NCBI GenBank assembly: GCA_963674745.2 | Contig: CAXXDV010000003.1 | Location: 1 to 64,000 of the forward strand | Direction: 5' to 3' | DNA from: Desulfosudaceae bacterium | GTDB taxonomy: Bacteria > Desulfobacterota > Desulfobacteria > Desulfobacterales > Desulfosudaceae | Length of the DNA: 64,000 bases | In this document: one piece after another, positions 37,532-46,043 of the stretch | Layout: each line of letters starts with the position of its first letter | Position numbering within the stretch: the stretch's first letter is position 1 | Translations under genes and position numbers: made by a program | The notes under the pieces: generated by a model | Told to the model about the DNA's origin: nothing | Databases searched by the model: none | Seen by the model: the letters and a program-made list of their open reading frames with translations, nothing else

Positions 37532-37656
37532 GCACAACAATGCAGCCCAAATGACAGCCAGGGCACTCGGGTTCGAAAATTCGGGGAAAATTGAACTTTA
37601 ACCATCTTTAAGGCAGTCGGAGAAAGCCCTGGCTACTTTGGCTGCAGACGTTATAA
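37532..37656 (+). repeat. attC 16 (family A)
   Basis: GCACAAC...GTTATAA palindrome. Confidence 0.9.
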
Positions 37657-37683
37657 GACAAATCAGAAATAGAAAAAATCGAA

Positions 37684-38013
37684 TTGGTTGACCATAAAAA
37701 GAAAAATAGATTTTATAATATCCAATTAATCCTAATAATCCCGAGCATGTTTATTTCGTTTTATGTGATTTGGCAATACAAGCAAGGTTTTTTGAGCAAA
37801 GATACAGTAACTTTGTGGTTCGCAGTCTTGTTTTGCCTAATATCATTTTTGAGCGCTTTCTTTTCAGTTGTCTCTGGAAGAGCCTGGGCGTCAGGAGTTG
37901 CTATCGATAAAGAAAAAATGCCTAAACTGTTCAATGTTCTGGTGTCTTTCTACTTTCTATTTTCAGCTTTATGTTTTGTAACTGTCTTATATTATATAAA
38001 CATAATCTTATAA
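37684..38013 (+). CDS. Cassette 17: membrane protein
   Basis: Three TM segments; stop in the attC core. Confidence 0.7.
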   Translation: MVDHKKKNRFYNIQLILIIPSMFISFYVIWQYKQGFLSKDTVTLWFAVLFCLISFLSAFFSVVSGRAWASGVAIDKEKMPKLFNVLVSFYFLFSALCFVTVLYYINIIL

Positions 38014-38086
38014 CCATTCAGCGCAAAGGATCGCCAGGGCATTCGGGTTTTGAACATTCGGGGGAAATTGAACAATTAAAATCTTT
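38008..38086 (+). repeat. attC 17, truncated (right arm missing)
   Basis: TTATAAC...GATCGCCAGGGC...; no GCCCTGG...GTT arm follows. Confidence 0.85.
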
Positions 38087-38117
38087 ATCCCGGAAAGATT
38101 ATGATTTGGGTCTTTCT

Positions 38118-38205
38118 GGCAACCCAAACCGGCGCGGCTATTAAAATCAAAGCCAAGAATGTTGTCAAATTCAATGCTGGGAAGAAGTTGAGCGACGCTG
38201 TATAA
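38118..38205 (+). pseudogene. hup: 3' remnant of an HU (histone-like protein) gene
   Basis: Translates QTGAAIKIKAKNVVKFNAGKKLSDAV*, the HU C-terminus. Confidence 0.8.
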
Positions 38206-38242
38206 ACTGTCTTGGCTCTTATTCCTGTTGTTGCTTAAAGAT

Positions 38243-38276
38243 AAAAAGGCTTCCTAGATGTTGGGGGAGCCTTTTT
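38243..38276. terminator. Rho-independent terminator
   Basis: AAAAAGGCTTCCT/GGGGAGCCTTTTT. Confidence 0.75.
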
Positions 38277-38287
38277 CCGTTACGTGC

Positions 38288-38375
38288 CGTTACGTACGAA
38301 ATTACAATAATATATCGTATCGACCCTGTTCGCCCCTCCTCTGTTCATACATAAATCTGGGAAATGGGTCTATAT
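38288..38375 (+). repeat. res-like repeat, copy C
   Basis: CGTTACGTACGAAATTACAATAATATATCGTATC, 24 bp, CATACATAAAT...CTATA. Confidence 0.65.
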
Positions 38376-38589
38376 AGCGAACGGAATTTTAGGGCGGATA
38401 TGGGTACTGGAAGTCAGGTCTTTGCCATAGTTAATGGTTAAAATTTGGTATGACATAATTCTGACATAGTTTGCGCAAATCTATTGAATTTTTTGCTGCT
38501 GATTGAATGTATTGAATGAAAGTTTTTTCAGCCTAACTGCTGGTAATCAAAAGAGAAGCCATGTATTCCGGCTAATTAGAAAATTTTTG

Positions 38590-38621
38590 GGACAGCGGTT
38601 CAACTCCCGCCGCCTCCACCA
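38590..38621 (+). other. tmRNA (ssrA) 3'-end fragment, probable att site
   Basis: GGACAGCGGTTCAACTCCCGCCGCCTCCACCA: T-loop plus Ala acceptor 3' strand, with no 5' part of the gene upstream. Confidence 0.75.
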
Positions 38622-38819
38622 ATTTACCCATAATTTCAATTATTTATAAATAATAGGCGCAAAATTGTGTCTATTATTCTTTTTCCTGTTTTTTCTGTCG
38701 GTATTTCTGCTATTTGTTGTATCGTTCCCATGATCAATTCCATATGCTACGAAAACGGGTTTTGCTTGATTAAAATAAATTACTTGACAAATTTTGCAAG
38801 TTAATATATTTAAGCAAGT

Positions 38820-39875
38820 ATGAAGGCTTTAATTGAAAAACAGGCTATAGCGGAGTTGCCCGGCATTCTGGCAAATTTGCTCGAGATTCCGGAAAGCAAA
38901 GTGACTGTCAGGCGCCCAAAGGGTAAGAATGTACCTGACTTTATCTTGAAGGCACCCGGCTACGAGTTGCTGGCGGAGTTTAAAAGTACGTCTGCGCGTG
39001 CGCCATTGCTGATGGCCCGACAAAAAATTTCAGAGTTTAAAAAAGCATTAAAGAAGTATGCGATTCCTCTGATCGTGGTGCCCTATATGGGAAAATCAGG
39101 AATCGATTTTTGCCGGGATCATAACCTGTCATGGATCGATCTTTCGGGAAATGTTTACATGAAGGCACCGGGACTCTTGCTTCATGTTGAGGGGAGACCC
39201 AACCGGTTTAAAAGTGCCGGTCGACCGGCCAATGTCTTTGCACCCAAAAGTTCACGTATTGTGCGGCAACTGCTCATCGAACCTGGAAAAAGGTACAGTC
39301 AGCGTGAGCTTTCTCAAATCACCGGTCTGGATGAAGGCCAGACCAGCCGTATTGTCCGCAGACTGGAATCCCAAGGCCTGATCGAGAGGGATGATCGAGG
39401 GGGTTTGAGCCCCTCAGCTCCGGATCAGTTTCTCGACGCATGGCATGAAGTTTACGATTTTTCCAGGCATCAGATCATCAAAGGACACATTGCCGCGAGA
39501 ACGGGCGAAGAGCTCCTTAAACGGGTATCCAAATCTTTGTATGAAAAAAACATCAATTATGCAGCCACGGGTTTGGGAGGGGCCTGGCAATACACCCATT
39601 TCGCCAAATTCCGTCTGGCCACCTTTTATTTGGCCGAACCGCCCCAAAAGAATTTGTTTGACCTGCTTCATTTCCGGGAAGATGACAGCGGTGCCAACAC
39701 CTGGCTTGTTATCCCGAATGACCAAGGCGTTTTTCATGGGACCTCGACAAAAGATAATATAATATGTGTACACCCGGTACAGATATACCTTGATCTCAAA
39801 GGACATCCGGAAAGGGCGAAAGAGGCCGCCGCTATGCTTCGCAAAGATATTCTAAAATGGAGGCAGAATGCCTGA
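38820..39875 (+). CDS. AbiEi-like (type IV TA) antitoxin / HTH regulator
   Basis: P...VPY, WIDLSGN, HTH (SQRELS..TGL..GQTSRIV..L), LDAW, YA.TG, HPVQIYLDL...ERA.EAA. Confidence 0.75.
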   Translation: MKALIEKQAIAELPGILANLLEIPESKVTVRRPKGKNVPDFILKAPGYELLAEFKSTSARAPLLMARQKISEFKKALKKYAIPLIVVPYMGKSGIDFCRDHNLSWIDLSGNVYMKAPGLLLHVEGRPNRFKSAGRPANVFAPKSSRIVRQLLIEPGKRYSQRELSQITGLDEGQTSRIVRRLESQGLIERDDRGGLSPSAPDQFLDAWHEVYDFSRHQIIKGHIAARTGEELLKRVSKSLYEKNINYAATGLGGAWQYTHFAKFRLATFYLAEPPQKNLFDLLHFREDDSGANTWLVIPNDQGVFHGTSTKDNIICVHPVQIYLDLKGHPERAKEAAAMLRKDILKWRQNA

Positions 39876-40722
39876 AAAACCCATATTCGCTTCTGATTAT
39901 ACAAAAGAAAATGTCGAGCTGGTGCGGCAGACCGCCCTGTACGTCGCCACAAAGATTGGTGACCTTCTGGATCATTGCGTCATTGTCGGAGGGCTGGTGC
40001 CGTCGCTGTTGATTCCGGATGAATCGTTGCCGGCGGATGAAGATGTCCATATCGGAACCATGGATCTGGATCTGGGCCTTTCATTGGCCTTACTCGATAC
40101 GAAACGATATGAAGATCTCAAGATAAGGCTTGTAAGAGCCGGCTTTAAACCGGATGAAAATGAAGACGGGAACCCCACTTTACAAAGGTGGCAAATTTCA
40201 CCGGCCTCAGGCTTGAAGGTGACTGTTGATTTCTTGATCCCTCCAAGCCTTGATGATGACAGAGGAGGGGAGTTGCGTCATATAGAGCAGGACCTTGCTG
40301 CAGTCATAACACCAGGTCTTCATCTGGCTTTTAAGGATAAGCAGGAAGTGCCCTTGGAAGGGGCCACACTGCTTGGTGAAAAAGCGAGCCGTCATATCTG
40401 GATATGCGGTCCGGGAGCGTTTGTCGTGTTGAAAGCCCTGGCCTTTGATCAGCGGGGTGAAAACAAGGATGCATATGATCTTTATTTTGTGATTCGAAAT
40501 TATGGAAGTGGCGTCAATGATGTCTACAGCCACCTTGCTCCATTACTTAACAAGGTGGAAACAAAAAAGGCTCTTGAAATCCTGAGCCGTGATTTTTCGG
40601 AGCCGGATCTGATCGGTCCAAGTCGAGTTGCTCAATTCCTATATCAGAGCCCGCAAGCAAATCTCCAGGCCGATGTTGTAGGCTTTGTTCGAGAACTGTT
40701 AATAAAATGTGGCCAAATATAG
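39868..40722 (+). CDS. AbiEii-like nucleotidyltransferase
   Basis: IVGGL, H.GTMDLD, VDFL, LKA.A...R...KDAYDL; overlaps the upstream gene. Confidence 0.78.
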   Translation: MPEKPIFASDYTKENVELVRQTALYVATKIGDLLDHCVIVGGLVPSLLIPDESLPADEDVHIGTMDLDLGLSLALLDTKRYEDLKIRLVRAGFKPDENEDGNPTLQRWQISPASGLKVTVDFLIPPSLDDDRGGELRHIEQDLAAVITPGLHLAFKDKQEVPLEGATLLGEKASRHIWICGPGAFVVLKALAFDQRGENKDAYDLYFVIRNYGSGVNDVYSHLAPLLNKVETKKALEILSRDFSEPDLIGPSRVAQFLYQSPQANLQADVVGFVRELLIKCGQI

Positions 40723-40842
40723 TGACACAAAATTATTCATGATGATGAATAATGACAAAAGGCAGAATGAGACGCTGCTTAAAATTATTTATAAATTACT
40801 GTTATTGTGGGAAAAAATATCAATGTGCCTTGGTGGAAAAAC

Positions 40843-40867
40843 CGGGGTTCAACTCCCGCCGCCCCCA
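40843..40867 (+). other. Second, degenerate tmRNA 3'-end repeat
   Basis: CGGGGTTCAACTCCCGCCGCCCCCA; followed by arm-like repeats TTGTGACCAAA x2 at ~40925-40958. Confidence 0.65.
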
Positions 40868-40996
40868 ATAATTCTTTAATTATTTCAATTTGTTATAAAA
40901 CAAATTGAAGCCATTTTTGCCGATTGTGACCAAATTGTGACCAAATTGTGGTCACAATTTTTTTTGCCCTGCATTCTCATTCTTCTCCCTGTAAAC

Positions 40997-41056
40997 CCGG
41001 GCAATGACAGAGGTGGGCGTCAGGCAATGACATCAAAGGCAAGTCGGGCAATGACG
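40997..41056. repeat. REP-like GGCAATGAC tandem half-palindromes
   Basis: Three GGCAATGAC copies; same family as 49184-49397. Confidence 0.65.
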
Positions 41057-41074
41057 TGGAGGTAAAGGCTGCTA

Positions 41075-42151
41075 TCAGGCAGCCTTTTTTACGTAGTAAT
41101 GATTAAGCAGTCCGCCGAGAAGAGGCTGACAGCGGATGTCTTCGGGATCGGCGGGTTTGTCGGGAAAATCAAACCCGTCTGGTATGCGATTGTTTATACC
41201 CTGGTGAGGTCGTTGTTGATTGTGATGCGTTTCAATGCATTTAAGAACATGCCGAAAATGCCTTTCCCCCAAAGGGATGATATCGTTCAGAGTCTCTCTG
41301 GCTTCCCGGACAAATCGTTCGGCATAGGCATTACACATAGGCGTTTTGGGTGGTGTCTTGACGATTTTGATGCCGTCGGTTTTGATGATTTGATCAAACG
41401 GTATAAAACTTGAATCCCGATCATGAATAATATACCTGCAGGGCGCCTGGTCATCGGCAAGTTTCATGGACAGGTTTCTGGCCTGCTGTTTCATCCAGGC
41501 AGCATTCGGGTGAGGCGTGCAGCCGGCGATATGCACGCTACGGGTGCCAAGGTGAATGAAAAACAGCACGTAGAACGTAACCAAGCCTCTTGTTGTCCAG
41601 ACTTCCTCGGTAAAAAAGTCGGTGGCCCAGATAACGTTTAAATGAGACTTAATGAAGGTTGCCCAGGGCAGGCCTTTGCGTTGAGGTGAGGGCGGCAGGC
41701 CGTGCTTTTTTAAGATGTTGGCCACAGTAGTGGGTGAAAGGCAGTGGCCCAGTTTCATCAGCTCACCGGCGATACGGATATAGCCAATATTGTTTTCATG
41801 GGCGATCTTCAAGGCCAGGATTTCCGTCTGTTCCGGCGTCTTTGGCCGCCCTGGTTTTTTACGGGTATTGTCATACGTCCATTTGGATTTTTTCATGCGC
41901 CGGTGCCAGGCCAGCAAAGTCTCGGGTTTTACAATAGAGATGATCTGGGCCAGCCGATCCTTTATGGGCATACCAACGCTGACCAGAATCCGGCGTTCCG
42001 CGTCTGTCAATGGAACGCGCTTGCCGATTTTGCTGCGCAGGATTTTATTCTCCTGCCGCAGGTAAGCATTCTCAAGAGCGATGCGGGATTTGAACAATCG
42101 GCCGATAGCCGCTAAAAACTGTGTTGCCTGAAGCGATAACTTGCCTTCCAT
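41075..42151 (-). CDS. rve (integrase core) DDE transposase-like protein
   Basis: KPETLLAWHR, WATDFF, IHDRD, NAYAERFV, RPHQG, LGGLLNHY. Confidence 0.85.
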   Translation of the reverse strand: MEGKLSLQATQFLAAIGRLFKSRIALENAYLRQENKILRSKIGKRVPLTDAERRILVSVGMPIKDRLAQIISIVKPETLLAWHRRMKKSKWTYDNTRKKPGRPKTPEQTEILALKIAHENNIGYIRIAGELMKLGHCLSPTTVANILKKHGLPPSPQRKGLPWATFIKSHLNVIWATDFFTEEVWTTRGLVTFYVLFFIHLGTRSVHIAGCTPHPNAAWMKQQARNLSMKLADDQAPCRYIIHDRDSSFIPFDQIIKTDGIKIVKTPPKTPMCNAYAERFVREARETLNDIIPLGERHFRHVLKCIETHHNQQRPHQGINNRIPDGFDFPDKPADPEDIRCQPLLGGLLNHYYVKKAA

Positions 42152-42232
42152 GGCTTTCTTTCATATGAGAAGGTTTTGATGTTTTAGGGTTCGTTATTGA
42201 CTGTGGTTCGGCATTATCATGGTAGAGAAAGT

Positions 42233-42301
42233 CATGTCAATATCTCTGATTTGAAAAAGATCCGCAGTAAATGCCATCCACGGGAGAGGGACCCAGTTTG
42301 A
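42233..42301 (+). pseudogene. C-terminal remnant of a XerC/D-like recombinase
   Basis: HVNISDLKKIRSKCHPRE; near-identical to 48359-48427. Confidence 0.6.
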
Positions 42302-42448
42302 TTCGGGAAACAAAAAATACTTTTGATTATCGAGAAAATATGATTTATTAAAATCATAATTAAATTAACTGGTTGGCATATTTTATGGGTTTGGTATGTA
42401 TGGCCGACTTTTCTTGACAAGAAGTTTAGCGGGGCTTATTCTTAATGC

Positions 42449-42512
42449 TGTTAATTACCCCTACGGTTTCGACCTAGGGCGCGGGGCTGCTTCGGCAGCC
42501 CCTGCTTTTTTT
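42449..42512 (+). ncRNA. Putative ~60-nt small RNA
   Basis: TTGACA-17-TATTCT promoter (42414-42442); two UUCG-capped hairpins, the second an intrinsic terminator with T tract. Confidence 0.55.
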
Positions 42513-42759
42513 TGGCCTTCCATGAAAATATAGATTTATGCTGAAAGAGATCCTGTCTGATTCGGTAGAAGGTTGTACTTTTTAGGTGATTTTAGCAGGA
42601 AGCGGAAGCCACGCCAATAAAGATAATAAGCGTGGCTGAAGCCCGAGCACGGAGACCTACCTTTCTGATGATAAAATGTTGGTTATCTGTAAAAGATTGA
42701 CGCCGTGATTTTATGGGTATATATGGGTAATATTACGGGTATGAAAAAGGGGGCAAATC

Positions 42760-43809
42760 ATGAAAGAACCTTCTGTAACTATCACAAAAGAGATATTGAG
42801 TTTGATTACCGGGATAGACGAGTTCAAGGGTGAGTGGAAGGCCCTTGGTAATCTGGCTCCCGACCGGCTCAATGCTTTAAAAAGAGTTGCCACAATAGAA
42901 TCCATTGGATCGTCAACGAGAATTGAAGGTGTAAGATTGACGGACCAGGAAATAGAACAACTCTTATCCGGGCTTGATAAAAAATCTTTCAGCTCAAGAG
43001 ATGAAGAAGAAGTCGCCGGGTATGCCGAAGTAATGAACATTGTTTTTGAATCGTTTGAAGATATTCCGCTGACGGAAAATTATATTAAGCAGCTGCATAA
43101 AATTTTGTTGAAATACAGTTCAAAGGACACACGCCATCGAGGACAATATAAGAAAATGCCGAATCATGTGGAGGCGTTTGATAATACCGGCAAAAGCCTG
43201 GGGATTATTTTTGAGACCTCGACGCCTTTTGATACGCCGAAGGATATGACCGCGTTGTTCAAGTGGACAAACAGCAAACTTGAAGACAAAGAACTTCATC
43301 CATTGCTGATTATTGCGATATTTGTCGTTCATTTTTTGGCCATACATCCCTTCCAGGACGGCAATGGGAGATTGTCCAGAATACTGACGACACTGCTGCT
43401 TTTAAAAAGCGGCTATGCGTATGTGCCTTACAGTTCCCTGGAAAGTGTTATTGAGCGAAACAAGGAAAATTACTATCTGGCATTACGGAGAACCCAGAAA
43501 ACTTTCAAATCAAAGAACGTCAAACACGACGCGTGGATACTGTTCTTTTTGAAATCGCTTAAAGCCCAGAAAGACATGCTTGCCCAAAAAATCGAACGAG
43601 AAAAAATAATTACAAAACTTCCAAAGATATCAAAACAGATCATTGGACTGATAAAAGAACATGGAGAATTGTCAATATCTGAAATTGAAACCATGACAAA
43701 AGCCAACAGGAATACAATAAAAGTAAGGTTGCGTGAACTTGTAGCAGATGGGTATTTAGTCCAGCAGGGAAAAGGAAAAGGAACCAGATATACAATCGGC
43801 ATCAGATAA
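42760..43809 (+). CDS. Fic family protein with C-terminal winged helix
   Basis: HPFQDGNGRLSR catalytic motif; N-terminal inhibitory STRIEG motif. Confidence 0.92.
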   Translation: MKEPSVTITKEILSLITGIDEFKGEWKALGNLAPDRLNALKRVATIESIGSSTRIEGVRLTDQEIEQLLSGLDKKSFSSRDEEEVAGYAEVMNIVFESFEDIPLTENYIKQLHKILLKYSSKDTRHRGQYKKMPNHVEAFDNTGKSLGIIFETSTPFDTPKDMTALFKWTNSKLEDKELHPLLIIAIFVVHFLAIHPFQDGNGRLSRILTTLLLLKSGYAYVPYSSLESVIERNKENYYLALRRTQKTFKSKNVKHDAWILFFLKSLKAQKDMLAQKIEREKIITKLPKISKQIIGLIKEHGELSISEIETMTKANRNTIKVRLRELVADGYLVQQGKGKGTRYTIGIR

Positions 43810-44175
43810 CCTGCGTGGGCGGACAGCTTCCGCAATTATTCTTTACCCGAGTTTCTTCTTTAGCAGTACGTTTTCTATAAACGTATCAATCGTTTTGAGG
43901 AAGGGCTTTTGTCGGCCTGCCGGTAGTCTCTCGATCTTTTTCTTTCTGATGAAAAATGTTGGAGATCTGCAAAGGATTGACACCGTGATTTTATGGGTAT
44001 ATATGGGTAGTGTTGTGGGTGTGAAAAAGGGCGCTGGCTTTTTTTTTCGACCACCTACACCTATGAATCAACAAGAATTTTTGAAAAGCAGCTCTTTGAC
44101 AATCAGAAAAATTTTAATAAACAATCGATACCATTAGAAGAATTCGGTTGGTCAAAAACGACCAAGGCAATTCTC

Positions 44176-44964
44176 AACGCCGAAAACCGCCATACCTCGG
44201 TTGCTCCGCAGACGCCTGCCTCGGGTGATACCAAGGTCGAATTTTTGTATGACTACATGGGCCGGCGGGTTAAGAAATCCCTGTCATCATACAACGGCAC
44301 CGACTGGTCAGAAACTTCCATTACGCTGTTTGTCTACGACGGCTGGAATCTAATCCAGGAACTTGACGGCACGCAGACTACCCCGACCGTTCAGAAATCC
44401 TATGCCTGGGGGCTTGACCTTTCTCAGAGTCTGCAAGGCGCGGGCGGAGTCGGGGGCCTGTTAGCCATGACCGACGGCACAAGCACCTATCTCTACTGCT
44501 ACGACGGCAACGGAAACGTCGGCCAGATGATTGATACTTCCGGTTCCCTGGTTGCCAATTATCAATACGATCCGTTCGGAAAGATGATTTATTCCGATGG
44601 CCTTCTAAAAGACAACAATCCTTTTGGGTTCTCGACTAAATATGCAGATCCTGAAACTGGACTGTATTACTACGGTTACAGATATTACTCAAGTGAGTTG
44701 GGGAGGTGGTTGAGAAGAGATCCAATAGGAGGGATTGGTGAGTTTGATTTATATTTATTTAATTTGAACAACGCCATCGGCCACATTGATGTTTTAGGGC
44801 TCAAACGGAGAGATAGGTTACCACCTAATTATGACTGGCGATATGGTAATCCTTACTATAATAGACTCGGCCAATCTATGAAACTGAGCATGACAAAGCC
44901 TTCATCGGGAAAATCTATTCAATGGTCTCTTATTAAAAATTTTATGGCTCTTCCGGCATTCTAA
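44176..44964 (+). pseudogene. Orphan Rhs-core fragment with truncated C-terminal tip
   Basis: YDYMGRR, YDGWN, YDPFG, TGLYYYGYRYY..LGRW..RDP, IDVLGL; no N-terminus; ISL3 end at 44946. Confidence 0.8.
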
Positions 44965-45450
44965 TGGGTCTATATAACATATTGTGTTTCAGCTATAAAG
45001 AATTCCATGGATGATAAAACATTATATACAAAGATATTAGGGTTAAAGCCACCCTGGTTCATCACAGAGGTGGCAGTTAAAGAAAAACAAAATCGTATTG
45101 ACATCTGGGTAAACCATGAGCCTGGCATACGCGTACGGTGTCCTGTGTGCGAGAAGTTTTATGGCGTATATGACCACGGTCCTGAACGCGTATTTCGTCA
45201 TTTGGACACATGCCAGATGAGCACGTTTATTCACGTAAGATTGCCGCGGGTCAACTGTCCGGATCACGGGGTTAAGCGTATAGACTCCGAATTTGGAGAA
45301 AATGGTTCGGATATGACCTTTGCCTTTGAAAGCTTTGTTATTCGTGTGGTTCAAGAATGCAGTATGGAGGCAAGTTCGCGCCTTTGCGGATTGAGCTGGG
45401 ATCGATGCTGGAATGTGGTGACCAGAGCAGTCAATCGAGGCCTCAAGCTT
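44946..45450 (+). mobile_element. ISL3-family element, left end plus truncated transposase (ORF 45007-45522)
   Basis: GGCTCTTC IR-like start; LGL..PW, CPVC, RHLD, PRV.C..HG motifs; DDE domain absent. Confidence 0.8.
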
Positions 45451-45713
45451 AAGGGGGAAAAAATGGGGACGTCTATGCTTTTATGCGTTTCTCACAGCGT
45501 TTTCATGTGTGTTAGTGGGTGACGGTTTTTTTGCCCAACGGCCATAGGGAATGTTATCAATCTTATGGTCAAAAAAACTCAAAAACCCTGGAATGTACAA
45601 TGTGGGAGGTCAATTTGTATATTCCAGGGTAAGCGTCAAGTTAACCCCATCTTCACAAGCTGGGCGAGCCGTGTCAAGATAGCGCCAAAAATTTAATTCG
45701 GAAAGGCGCTATT

Positions 45714-46043
45714 ATGAAAAACAAGAAAATTAACCGCGAACAGGAACGAGCGGAGAAACGACGGTTCTGGGAACGGCATATTCAGATGTGGCGGGCCAGT
45801 GGCCTGAGCCAGACGGAATATCAGCGAAAAAACAATTTGTCTAAATGGCAATTTGTGTACTGGAAGAAAAAGTTCGAACAACCGGTTTCATCAGATGTCT
45901 CCCTGGTTCCGATTTCCTTGCCGCAAGCCATGCCGTCCGCACCGTTAAGCCTGGTCGTTAATAACCGATACCGGATAGAAGTATCCGAAGGATTTCAGCC
46001 GTTGGTTCTGGAGCAGGTTCTGGAAGTAGTGGACCGGCGATGA
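45714..46043 (+). CDS. tnpA: IS66 accessory protein TnpA
   Basis: W..HI..W..SGLS...Y...F.YW. Confidence 0.9.
   Translation: MKNKKINREQERAEKRRFWERHIQMWRASGLSQTEYQRKNNLSKWQFVYWKKKFEQPVSSDVSLVPISLPQAMPSAPLSLVVNNRYRIEVSEGFQPLVLEQVLEVVDRR

Larger units (their letters stand above)
27956..38086. mobile_element. Complete integron with a 17-cassette array
   Basis: intI divergent from an array of short ORFs separated by 117-127 bp imperfect palindromes with AAC...GTT ends. Confidence 0.95.
1..38621. mobile_element. Right part of a large integrative element / genomic island, probably integrated at tmRNA; left end lies outside the window
   Basis: Replication-type ATPase, ssb/recombination/radC operon, defence cargo and integron, ending at a tmRNA 3'-end-like sequence (38590-38621). 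No island integrase or conjugation genes in the window. Confidence 0.65.

Noticed and set aside
29807..38086. Regularly recurring repeats as a CRISPR array (with the Cas4-like nuclease nearby)
   Set aside because: Repeats are ~120-bp imperfect palindromes separated by whole genes, i.e. attC sites; there is no cas1/cas2, and the nuclease sits in a recombination operon.
38590..38621. Complete tRNA or tmRNA gene
   Set aside because: Only the T-arm and 3' acceptor strand are present; no matching 5' strand or D/anticodon arms upstream.
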